Under the pieces are notes generated by a model. It searched no databases. It was not told the DNA's origin and worked only from the letters and a program-made list of their open reading frames with translations. From contig NW_021824879.1 in assembly GCF_006345805.1 (NCBI RefSeq), positions 1 through 17,446 on the forward strand: a DNA stretch of 17,446 nucleotides, given 5' to 3'. Each line of letters starts with the position of its first letter. Within the stretch, counting starts at the first letter, position 1. This stretch comes from Octopus sinensis. Its lineage: Eukaryota. Shown here piece by piece: positions 1 to 9,225 of this stretch. The position numbers were made by a program, and so were the translations under genes.

Positions 1-100
1 GCTCCGCTTAAACGTTAAAACCCTCCTTCTTCCTGGGCGTCCAATAATACTATATTTGTTCCACGTCCTCGCGTTGTGTTTTTTGTGCTTTCATGTTTCG
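1..100 (+). mobile_element. Degenerate 3' remnant of a Penelope-like/hammerhead-associated repeat, cut by the window edge
   Basis: AAACGTTAAA...TCCTGGGCGT...TAATAC...ATTTGTT matches, in order, the minus-strand sequence of the copy at 4181-4294 (AAACGTTAAA...TCCCGAGCGT...TAATAC.ATTTGTT). It runs into (TA)n at 109-124, as the other copies run into (TA)n. Confidence 0.45.
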
Positions 101-972
101 ATTAACTTTATATATATATATATAAATATTGATAAAAATGTTAAGACAACAAAAGAATGAAAGAGACCTCGATATTATGTAAATAGAGGAATCTATCTTA
201 AAATCGTCAGACCTTGGACAATTTCTGTATTGTCCCAAAGAGACTTTTGGGGGGAATGTTTGAAAAATGTTTGAGAAATTTTTGAAATTTTCTGAAAAAC
301 TTTCTGGAATTTTAAACGAGGATTTCCGAGGGTATCTTCACAGTTCATGTAATCCATTAAAATCTCATCCTTTTACAATGCCTCAGCTTTTCATCATTTT
401 CTTCATTCTTTCATTTTGTCAGATTTTTCATTTTACATTTTTAGCTTTTCGTTCCTCTATCGCTAATAGCTAATTTCTCAATTGCCGCCTGTTCAGTCCT
501 CCTGTTAGGTTCACAGGTGCCTTAACTCATACTAACTTCTCTAAGCTTAGTGTTTCCTGTTTCTTTCCGACACTATATTTTGTTCTCCCCTTTCACCTTC
601 CAAACCTCTCCAACTAACAGCGATACCCTCTTGTCTCTCTGTACTAGAACTTTTTACCGTCTTATAAGGGTAAAATACCCAACCTTTCTGCTAGACTGCT
701 TTCAAAATTTAATTTCTTGTCCGTTATATAGTATAATTTCAAATATAATCTAGAAAAAAACATAAATAAATGGTTAAAAAAAAAATCCATAAATGGAAAT
801 ATAATGAATATTCTAACAGTCTTTAACACGTGTATCGCTCGTGATTTCCGCGGTACGGAGTGAATATAATATTCGTTTTGTAGCCCTGTAGCCAGTGGTT
901 ATACCCGGGCTATAAATCAGTGAGATGTCTTATATAGTGAATTAGAACATCTCTCATACTTTATTTTAAATT

Positions 973-1772
973 CGTTTCAGACATTAGACTGTGGCCATGC
1001 TGGAGTACCTCCTAAAAGATTGTTAGTCAAATAAATTTACCCCAGTGCTTATTATTTTTGAAGTCTGGTACTTATACTATCGGTCTCGGATCTTTTCGGT
1101 TTGAACGGCAGTTTTTTCTAGCGGTGTCAAATGAAATTGTCACCTATAATTATGACACTAGTATCGATCTATTGCATTTCAAGCTGTTTTAGGGTTAGGG
1201 TTAGGGGTGGGGGGAAGGGTATCGTTTTTTCTTCAGAAATGTAAATAAACCCAATCTATTTCTTAGTGGGACATATTTATACGGTACACAATGTTTTCAC
1301 CTCAATAGACGTCATTAATTGGTTGTTGAAATTGCGGAAATTGAAGAAAAAACAACAAATATCTTACAAACTATAGAATTTTCTCAATAAAGCCAAGAGA
1401 AAAAGATGTTTTATAAACACATTCTACCAGTATACGAAGTTTTAAAGTGTCTAGTTACGTGGAAATTAATTTTAAAAACTGCCTTTCAAACCGAAAAAAT
1501 CCTCGGTCTCTTTTCCCGAACCACTAGGTAACGGGGACACGCCAAAACGGTTGTCAAGCGGTGCTGGAGCACAAACACATACACACCCTCATACACATAT
1601 GCACAGATACGACAGGTTTCTTTCAGTTTCCGTTTACCACATCCTTTCACAAGACTGTGGTAGGCCCAAGGCTATAGAAGACATTTACCCACAGTGCCAG
1701 GCAGTGGAACTGAATTCGGAATCATGTGATTGGGAAGAAACCCTCTTACCACACAGCCACGCCTGCATCTAT
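973..1772 (-). mobile_element. tRNA-derived CORE-type SINE (full length, diverged), interrupted by a MITE at 1088-1502
   Basis: Colinear with the copies at 13761-14184 and 14795-15155: tail GTTTCAG..CATT.GACTG.GGCCATGCTGGAG at about 973-1005, central CA-rich tract, TTCTTTCAGTTTCCGT, and head CTTACCACACAGCCAC.CCTGC at about 1745-1772 (A-box-like TGGCTGTGTGG on -). Confidence 0.85.
1088..1502. mobile_element. MITE (non-autonomous DNA transposon) with 29-bp TIRs and 8-bp TSD
   Basis: Left TIR 1088-1116 GGATCTTTTCGGTTTGAACGGCAGTTTTT. Right TIR 1474-1502 has reverse complement GGATTTTTTCGGTTTGAAAGGCAGTTTTT (27/29 match). The direct repeat TCGGTCTC flanks it at 1080-1087 and 1503-1510. Removing it restores the host SINE sequence (TATCGGTCTCTTTT). 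Confidence 0.92.
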
Positions 1773-2030
1773 AAATGGTTAAAAAATACGCATAGATTAT
1801 AACGAAATTTAATGGACGATGCAAAAGAAAATATACTGTCTATTGAACTTGGTAGTTGAGGTGCTTTAATGGACGTCTTCTCACTAAACATTAATTAACG
1901 AAATTCCATCTAGCTCAATTTTTATGAAGCTGGCAAATTTGCTGGCGATTAAAAATGCGTTTATTCTTAGATGGTCTTATAACCAGACTGTGAAAGTGCG
2001 TGGCTTAGTGGTTAGGGTATTCGACTCACG

Positions 2031-2256
2031 GTGAGCTGGCAGAAACGTTAACGCGCCGGGCGAAATACTTAGCAGTATTTCGTCTGCCGCTACGTTCTGT
2101 GTTCAAATTCCGCCGAGGTCGACTTTGCCGTTCGTCCTTTAGGGTCGATTAAATAAGTACCAGTTACGCACTGGGGTCGATATAATCGACTTAATACCTA
2201 TGTCTGTCCTTGTTTGTCTCCTCTGTGTTTAGCCCCTTGTGGGTAGTAAAGGAATA
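2031..2256 (+). mobile_element. tRNA-derived SINE with Nin/Deu-like central domain, inserted into the host SINE head
   Basis: Perfect 15-bp TSD GGTATTCGACTCACG at 2016-2030 and 2257-2271. B-box-like GTTCAAATTCC. Central GAGGTCGACTTTGCC...GGGTCGATTAAATAAGTACCAG...CTGGGGTCGAT recurs at 7145-7272, 9489-9590 and 15361-15575. The Nin/Deu label is from recalled consensus. Confidence 0.88.
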
Positions 2257-2541
2257 GGTATTCGACTCACGATCGTATGGTCTTGAGTTCGATTTCCGGC
2301 GACGCGTTCTGTCCTTGAGCAAGACACTTTATTTCAGGTTGCTCCAGTTACTCAGCTGACAAAAATGAATAGTATCTGTATTTCAAAGGGCCAGCCTTGT
2401 CACATTCTGTGTTACGCTGAATCTCCATGAGAACTACATTAAGTGTACACGTGACTGTGGAATGCTCAGCCACTTGCACTTTAATTTCACGTGCACGGTG
2501 ATCGGATTAACTTGGAACCCTCGTCGTCGTAGCATCGGAGT

Positions 2542-2793
2542 TATGATAATGTTCCTTCTCGAGCCATGCTAGGCTCATAAGAGCCGGTTTCCCGGTTTCA
2601 GTGGTGTAGAAATTCCCCATCTGGATGGGACGCTGGTCCGTCGCAGGATTATTCATTTTTGCCAGCTGAGTGGACAGGAGCAACGTCAAATGTTTTGCTC
2701 AAGAACACAACACATCGCCCGGTCCAGGAATCGAAACCACAACCTTACGATCATGAGTTCAACATCCTAACCACTAAGCCACGCGCCTTCGCA
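2542..2793 (-). mobile_element. tRNA-derived SINE inserted antisense near the 3' end of the host SINE
   Basis: 11-bp TSD with one mismatch: AGCATCGGAGT (2531-2541) and AGCGTCGGAGT (2794-2804). Minus strand reads GGCGCGTGGCTTAGTGGTTAGG (A box)...TTTCGATTCC (B box)...TTCTTGAGCAAAACA...CTCAGCTGGCAAAAATGAATA, then a tail different from the host's. Confidence 0.88.
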
Positions 2794-3172
2794 AGCGTCG
2801 GAGTGCCTGATAACCAAACTGAAGACGTCTCAGAATCAACCTCTTATTATCTTTGTGCTTCATTTATATATCTCTGTCAACTATGACTCATGCAATCATG
2901 GGTGTTAAGAGTTTGGGCCCCACGTACGTCCTCTTGTCAAATAAAACTGTGACAAATCTTTCTGGACGGCACCAGCAGATACATTTAAGTGAGTTGATAT
3001 CAGAATGTGAGTTCATTGCCAGGAATAGCAACAATTTCAGTCCCGTTCGTCTCCCGCCAGCTTTTTATTAAATGACAGCTAGATAGATTTATAAAATATT
3101 GATGTACCTCGCAAGGTATCTAGAATAGAGAATAAAAGACGAAATTATGAAAAATTTCATTAAAAGCTTTCG

Positions 3173-3290
3173 TGTTCAGTTGTAATGCGCAGCACCTTGG
3201 GCAAGTGTCTTCTCTTGGAGTTCCAGCCTGTCAAACACCTTTTGTGTGAATTTCAGTAGACGGAAACTGAGCAGAAGCCTATGGTATGTA
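3173..3290 (+). mobile_element. Degenerate CORE-type SINE fragment followed by (GT)n at 3293-3355
   Basis: GCACCTTGGGCAAGTGTCTTCT (CORE motif) and GTAGACGGAAACTGA..AGAAGCC, as in the copy at 13761. Confidence 0.75.
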
Positions 3291-3305
3291 TATGTGTGTG
3301 TGTGT

Positions 3306-3359
<54 letters not shown>

Positions 3360-3486
3360 ATTGTGTGTGGGAAGAGTAACTCGGTATTTCATATTCGTCG
3401 AATATCATCGAAGACAAGTAATGAAACTGGGATATACTAATCGGTTAAAGACTTCTGAATACATTTTATCATTATATATCATTTCA

Positions 3487-3532
3487 GATTACTGATGAAG
3501 AAAGACGTGGACGGGTTCGAACCGTTCTAATT
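3487..3532 (+). ncRNA. Minimal type I hammerhead-like motif, degenerate (A15.1->C), in a probable Penelope-like 3' remnant
   Basis: GATTA-CTGATGA-A-GAA(13 nt)TTC-GAA-CCGTT-C-TAATT. Stem I GAUUA/UAAUU (5 bp including G-U), intact CUGAUGA, 3-bp stem II, and AATAAA downstream at 3539-3544. Confidence 0.45.
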
Positions 3533-3605
3533 GATAATAATAAACTAGTCTTTTTTATGGAATATGGGTGTATCTTACATGCAAAACAATTACGTACTCT
3601 CATAT

Positions 3606-3797
3606 TCACACAGACAAATACTCCCGCTCATACGATGCGCTTCTTTCAGTTTCCGTCAACCAAATCTACAGACAAGGATTTGATCAGCCCGGCGCTATAG
3701 TAGAAAGTATTTGTCCAAGTTGCAGGGAGTGAGAATTAACCCGAAACCATATTGTCAGCAAGCAAACTTCTTAACCACACAGCCACACCTGCGCCTA
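3606..3797 (-). mobile_element. CORE-type SINE, 5' half, diverged
   Basis: CTTCTTTCAGTTTCCGTC.ACCAAATC...GCTATAGTAGAA...TGTCCAAG...AACCACACAGCCACACCTGCGCCTA is the reverse complement of the family head and CORE domain. Confidence 0.8.
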
Positions 3798-4164
3798 AGC
3801 CTATTGGCTATTTGCGATAATAGTATCTGAAAAGATGCTGATATTCAGCGAGATTTGATACTATGCGTTGACCGGATGCCCCCTTCTGATGATCTCCTGT
3901 AGAATGAAATCACATGATATCGGAATTCCAGCGCATATGGAAGACAGTTCTGGTCTACTACGATCTAGTCTGGTTTTATACACTAAGCGCCTATATGAGG
4001 AGATATCTCAACGCTAATAACGCCGTAATCGGTAGTCTAAGAAGAGATCCATGTTAATTTGGATTGGAAATAGATTACCACTTAGTGTTAATTTTGCTTC
4101 CATCCCTAATAATTAATATATATATATACATATATATATACGCACACACACACACACATATATA

Positions 4165-4320
4165 GGTGGGGGAAAATTCACAAAAAAACAAAAGACGAAG
4201 ACAGGTGGCGTATACAACAAACAAATGTATTAGTATAACGCTCGGGAAATGAAAAAGTCTTTAACGTTTCGAGCCTAAGCTCTTCCACAGAATGGAACAC
4301 AGAAAGAAACAAGGAGAGAA
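4165..4320 (-). mobile_element. Penelope-like 3'-end repeat, copy 1, containing a hammerhead-like motif at 4259-4294
   Basis: About 140 bp repeated at 4988-5137 (roughly 85% identical by eye). Minus strand reads CATT-CTGTGGA-A-GAGC-TTAG-GCTC-GAA-ACGT-T-AAAG. The 3' end abuts a (TA)n/(CA)n tract at 4115-4163. The PLE assignment is inferred from the motif type. Confidence 0.65.
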
Positions 4321-4917
4321 TTTTAAAAATGTGTAGTGGCTAGCGATCTATCATGGCGAAGGCCGGACAGAAGGGTCACACAGGAGAGCTAAGAAGAAGG
4401 GGAGATAATAAAGTGATGATGATCCCAAAACGAAGGTACGTGTACGTATGTATAAGAGAGTTCGTATATGCGTGCGGAAGAGGGCTGATGATCTTCAGGT
4501 GTGCGTGTCTGTATGTGTGGAGTGAAAATGTGGGTCTGAGAAGTGGTCAGTGCTGTTGTGTGATGTATGGTATGTATGTATGTATGTATGTATGTATGTA
4601 TGTATGCGTGTATGTATGTATATAACAATTACAAGAAGATATTATAACGATAAATTGATATGTTACGATATATTAAATATATAATAATATAGGTGGGTAG
4701 AGCAATTAAAAATCAAAAGGTAGAATACATAAATAAGGGTTAAAAATAACACCTACAACTGTTAGAAATAGGAGCCAAAAATATAAATCAAATAGCCACA
4801 TAAATTCCCCAACCTCATGAGATATTCAAGAGACTGCGAGCGGCAAACCGCAACATCTTTCTCCAGCGAGATAAAGCTCACAAAATGAAGTAGTTTGATA
4901 AGACGCTATCACATGGA

Positions 4918-4955
<38 letters not shown>

Positions 4956-4974
4956 GCATACATATATATATATA

Positions 4975-5137
4975 GGGAGAGTTTACGCAAAAAACAAAAG
5001 ACGAAGACAGGTGGTGTACAAAACAAACAGATGTATTAGTATAACGCTCAGGAATAGAAAAAGTCTTTTACGTTTCGAACCTACAGTCTTCTACAGAAAG
5101 GGGCACAGAAAAAAACAAGGAGAAAAACAAGGAGAGA
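4975..5137 (-). mobile_element. Penelope-like 3'-end repeat, copy 2, containing a hammerhead-like motif at 5065-5100
   Basis: Direct repeat of 4181-4320. Minus strand reads CTTT-CTGTAGA-A-GACTGTAGGTTC-GAA-ACGT-A-AAAG, with a perfect 4-bp stem I and a weakened stem II. The 3' end abuts (TA)n at 4919-4973. Confidence 0.65.
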
Positions 5138-5175
5138 AAAAAAGAGAGAGAAAGAGGAGAGAGAAAAATACATAC

Positions 5176-5208
<33 letters not shown>

Positions 5209-5631
5209 AATGTATATTATGTAAATGTATATATATATATATACGTGTAAATGTCGACAACGAGAATGAGTGCCCAAAAGTGCATTGGTGAATACAATTT
5301 CTTTATTTGTGTATTAAGGCTACAATTGGTTTCATGTTAACAAAAATGTTTTAGTATCTTTACAATTTTTCAACCTGACCATATGGAAGTATGGTGTTCG
5401 TCTCCATTTCGGCTAGAAAATAATTAAAATACTTTTCTTATCATGGAACCAATGGTGTCTGTGTGTGCGTGCGTGTGAGTGTGTATGTGTGTATGTGTGT
5501 TTGTGTGTGTGTGCGTGCGTGCATGTGTGTGTGTGCGTATGAATGTATGTATGTATGTATGTATGTAGGTGAGTACGTAGGTAGGCAGGTATGTACGTAG
5601 GTTGGTTTGTGCGTGTGTGTGTGTGTGTATA

Positions 5632-5741
5632 CAAAAGAGACCGACAGAATACGTACCAAGCTTACAACGAATATGTTCTGGGGTCCATTTGTTCAACTAA
5701 AAGAGGGTGCTCCAGCATAGCCGCAGTCAGATGACTGAAAC
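5632..5741 (+). mobile_element. 3' tail module of the CORE-type SINE, preceded by its expanded (GT)n/(ATGT)n central tract (5458-5628)
   Basis: CAAAAGAGACCGA.AGAATA.GTAC...CTGGGGTC.ATTTG.TC.ACTAAA...GTGCTCCAGCAT.GCCGCAGTCA.ATGACTGAAAC matches 14050-14160. Confidence 0.85.
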
Positions 5742-5757
5742 CATTAATTAGGAATAA

Positions 5758-6302
5758 ATGTATATATATATATATGTATATATATATTATATATATGTGT
5801 GTATGTGTGTGTCTGCATATATATATATATTATATATATTATATATATATTATATATACATATATATATATATATGTATGTATGTATGTATGTACATATG
5901 TATGTATATATATATATATATGTTATATATTGTATATATATATGTATATATGTATATATATATATGTATGTGTATATATATATATTATATATATATAATA
6001 TATATAGGCGTAGGCGTGGCTGTGTGCTAATAAGCTTGCTTCCCAACCGCATGGTTCCAGGTTCAGTCCCACTGCGTGGCACTTTCGACGTGTAGCTTGT
6101 CCTATGGCTGACCAAAACCTTGTGGGTAGAGTTGGTAGACGGAATTTGAAAGAAACCAGTTTGTGTGGACGTCTTTGCGCTCGCGCCCATGTGTGTGCGG
6201 TTGTTTCGACTGGAAACGTCATCTCGTTCAAAAATGTTACATTAAATATACAAGTTTAAGTGAGATCATCTTTAATTATAGTTATACATATATACATACA
6301 TA

Positions 6303-6364
<62 letters not shown>

Positions 6365-6365
6365 C

Positions 6366-6398
<33 letters not shown>

Positions 6399-6400
6399 CA
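5758..6400. repeat. (TA)n-dominated compound microsatellites (5758-6005 and 6285-6400)
   Basis: Directly visible. Confidence 0.95.
6004..6160 (+). mobile_element. CORE-type SINE, 5' half
   Basis: ATAGGCGTAGGCGTGGCTGTGTG (A box), GGTTCAGTCCC (B box), CTGCGTGGCAC, and TTGGTAGACGGAA..TGAAAGAA. Confidence 0.85.
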
Positions 6401-7144
6401 TTAATAGTTCTTTATACTTAAACTTCCGAGACTTTCAGAATTTTATCTTAAAAATATACCGCTGTTATGGCGTATAGCCATCGCATTCGGTGATAAGCCA
6501 CAAAGGGTCTTGGGAATAATTTCATAGCTGATAATTTCATCGACACCAGAATAAAAGTTGCGTAATGGCAAATCCCGGTAGATTTCATGGTATCATGTTT
6601 TGCAGTAAGACGTATCTGTATATTTAATTTAGGCTCATATTGGCAGATAGAAATCCCAAACTTAAACACACACATGAACCGCATGTAAAGAAATATCGTC
6701 ATATTATGAAATCTGCAAGGATTTACCGTTCTGTAATTTCAAATGCGGCGTTGGTGATTTTATCAGTTACAAAATTATTCCTGCATCTCTTTGTGTCTCA
6801 ATGCAAAACGCGTGACAGTATATCATTACAAACTAATGTTAGAAATAACATTGTGAATGTCTCAAAACTCTCAGTCTAATGGTTTTACGAACGTTAGGGT
6901 CCCAAACCAGGCGTAAAGGATCCATAAGGAACTATGAAAAATTTCTGAAGGCTGACTTAATTGATAAAATCGACGCCGGTACTTAATATATGCATCCATT
7001 GTTATGTGTATGCGGCTCTATGTGTACGTGTTATATATTTCATTTTCTCGGGCACCAGGAATCATAACGTGGCAAACCCACTTGTCATGGCGTAAAAGTG
7101 TTCGATATCACAAAACTCTCTCTAAAAGTGATGCCGGTCTACTG

Positions 7145-7272
7145 CAGGGTTCAAGTCTTTTCCTTTCATCCTTTCGAGGTCGATACATTGAGTATCAATC
7201 GAGCACTGGGGTCGATGCGATTGACTAGCCCCCTCTCCCAAAATTTGAGGCCTTGTGCTTTTAGTAGAAAGA
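7145..7272 (+). mobile_element. 5'-truncated Nin/Deu-like SINE with (ATT/ATC)n tail (7272-7506)
   Basis: CCTTTCATCCTTTCGAGGTCGATA...GCACTGGGGTCGATG...GACTAGCCCCCTCTCCCAAAATTT.AGGCCTTGTGC.TTTAGTAGAAAG, then ATT repeats. Confidence 0.8.
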
Positions 7273-7281
7273 ATTATTATT

Positions 7282-7313
<32 letters not shown>

Positions 7314-7409
7314 TATTATATTATTATTATTATTATTATCATATTATCATCATCATCACATTATTATTATTATTATATTATTTTATTATCATCATCATCA
7401 TCATCATCA

Positions 7410-7443
<34 letters not shown>

Positions 7444-7506
7444 CATCATCATCATCATCATCATCATTATTATTATTATTATTATATTATTATTATTATT
7501 ATTATT

Positions 7507-7889
7507 GAGTGAGAGAGCAGTTCATGCCATCAAAGTGACACTGGGGTAAAATATACAAAGCCCAGTATACCCATCCTGACTACCCGTCTGATAAAGGTAC
7601 ACGATGCACGTGCATCACAACTGTATGTGCGCGACATGGTGATCTCATATCAAGATAAACAGCACATGACCTTGCAGGTGGGGCCCAGTTAGAATTTTCT
7701 TCTGGTTCGAGTAGCCCATCCCGCTCAAAAGGTCCCTGAATAAGAATTGTTTAAGGAAGTTGAACGAACCACCATGTTTCCATAATAGCTATAATGCTCC
7801 CCCAGTACTTCTGCACCTTGTCAGAGATGCACATATCTTCAGCCACTGAGGGACATGGTCAACTGGTAAAGGTCAAACAACTGACAAGC
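7507..7889. repeat. Unclassified GC-richer block between two (ATT)n arrays, probably an interspersed repeat (possibly a LINE UTR or non-autonomous element)
   Basis: Sharp compositional boundaries with (ATT)n on both sides, the same context as the LINE fragment at 8300-9142. No recognisable protein homology and no second copy in the window. Confidence 0.4.
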
Positions 7890-7944
7890 TATATTATTAT
7901 TATTATTATTGTTTTTGTTGTTGTTGTTATTATTATTATTGTTG

Positions 7945-8011
<67 letters not shown>

Positions 8012-8223
8012 ATTATTATTATCATTATTATTATTATAGTTACTGTTGTTGTTGTTGTTTTTGGTTTTTGTTGTTATTTAACAAGCATTGGCACGTACTG
8101 TGCCTCTGTCTAATGACCAAAGCGTTTGTGTTTTGGGTGAGTCTGAAAGGACTAACAGAAGACGCATTTCTATTCGGTCAAACAGTGAAGCTGGAGTGCC
8201 TTTAGTAGAAAGGACTATTATTA

Positions 8224-8276
<53 letters not shown>

Positions 8277-8299
8277 GTATCGTTATTATTATTATTATT

Positions 8300-9142
8300 T
8301 ATGGGTTTTTCTTCTTCTTTCAAATTTGCTTCCATTTCTTGCCGAGTGTCTTCCCGACTCCTAGGGCAAAGAAACTCATAGTATACATTGGTAGGCCATT
8401 AAACTAAATTCACTAGTTCGTTCATTTTTTTCCTTTTTTTTTTGATAGAAATAAAGTTAAATTAAAATACATGGGTAGTAATAGTTCTCACATCGACAAT
8501 GCTCTTCTCAATACGTGTGATGTACCAGTTAAGACAATCTTTTGCACTTCTTGCAGGGATGGTAAGCCAGGGATCATTCTCATATAATTTTCGGTTCTCT
8601 TCTTGATCATTCCTAGTGCTCCTACGATCACTCGTATTGTAACCGCCTTGAGATGCCACATTTTCTCAATTTCAATGAGCAGGTCTTTATATTTTCTGAG
8701 CTTGTCAAATTCTTTCGCCGAGATATTATGATCACAGGGGATGCTCATGTCGATCAATAAGCAAATTTTTTTGTTTTGGTCTTCCGCAACAATATCCGGT
8801 TTATTGGCCTTGATGGTTCGGTCTGTATGTTACATTTTCTCCTTCAGTTATAGCTTCAAGGTGGTGATTATACCACTTGTCGGCAGTCCTGATATCGTAA
8901 TGCCGACTTATTAGCCAGTGTAGATATTGGCCAACTCTGTCATGTCTTAATTTATACTCCACTGGTGCTAAGACTTTACATCCAGAGATTAGGTGGTCCA
9001 CTGTTTCAATCATGTCGTTGCAGAATCGGCATTTTGGGTCTGTTCCATTTTTCATCACATTGGCCTGGTAGTTCCGGGTTAATAGGCTTTGATCTTGAGC
9101 AGCTACGATGAAACCTTCGCTCTCTGCTTTTAGCCCTGAGCA
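8300..9142 (-). mobile_element. 5'-truncated non-LTR retrotransposon of the R4/Dong (RLE) type: CCHC zinc knuckle plus restriction-like endonuclease pseudogene and 3' UTR
   Basis: Minus strand translates to SGLKAESEGFIVAAQDQSLLTRNYQANVMKNGTDPKCRFCNDMIETVDHLISGC...RHDRVGQYLHW...EGENVT. A frameshifting deletion near 8830 removes the expected ILWD-type segment. It continues HTDRTIKANKPDIVAEDQNKKICLLIDMSIP...KLRKYKDL...IVGALG...RALSM* (stop 8488-8490). An approximately 190-nt 3' UTR ends in (TAA)n. Confidence 0.9.
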
Positions 9143-9145
9143 TTA

Positions 9146-9225
<80 letters not shown>

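Larger units (their letters stand above)
1994..2810 (+). mobile_element. Host tRNA-derived SINE (segments 1994-2030, 2272-2541, 2805-2810) carrying two nested SINE insertions
   Basis: A box TGGCTTAGTGG at 2001-2011. The head resumes after the first insert with GAGTTCGATTT (B box) and CORE-like CCTTGAGCAAGACACTT. The body continues to GGAACCCTCGTCGTCGT and finishes as GCC after the second insert. Confidence 0.85.

Noticed and set aside
1189-1206. (TTAGGG)3 as a telomere or fusion relic
   Set aside because: Only three units, lying inside a TIR/TSD-bounded MITE.
3062-3078. TTTTATT plus TGACAG (Hox/TALE-like site pair)
   Set aside because: Such short motifs are expected by chance in AT-rich DNA, and conservation cannot be assessed here.
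3903-4016. Short ORF MKSHDIGIPAHMEDSSG...
   Set aside because: Only 37 codons, with no recognisable motif or supporting gene structure.
6446-6592. Protein-like 49-codon open stretch on the minus strand (YHEIYRDLPLRNFYSGVDEIISYEIIPKTLC...)
   Set aside because: Bounded by stops, with no in-frame splice acceptor, no ATG near its start and no recognisable homology. The length is compatible with chance.
7640-7750. HDV-like ribozyme on the minus strand (GACCUU/AAGGUC as P1, GC-CCCACCU-GC as P3/L3)
   Set aside because: P1 is only 6 bp without the G-U start, P3 is only 2 bp, and no convincing P2 or J4/2 catalytic C strand was found.
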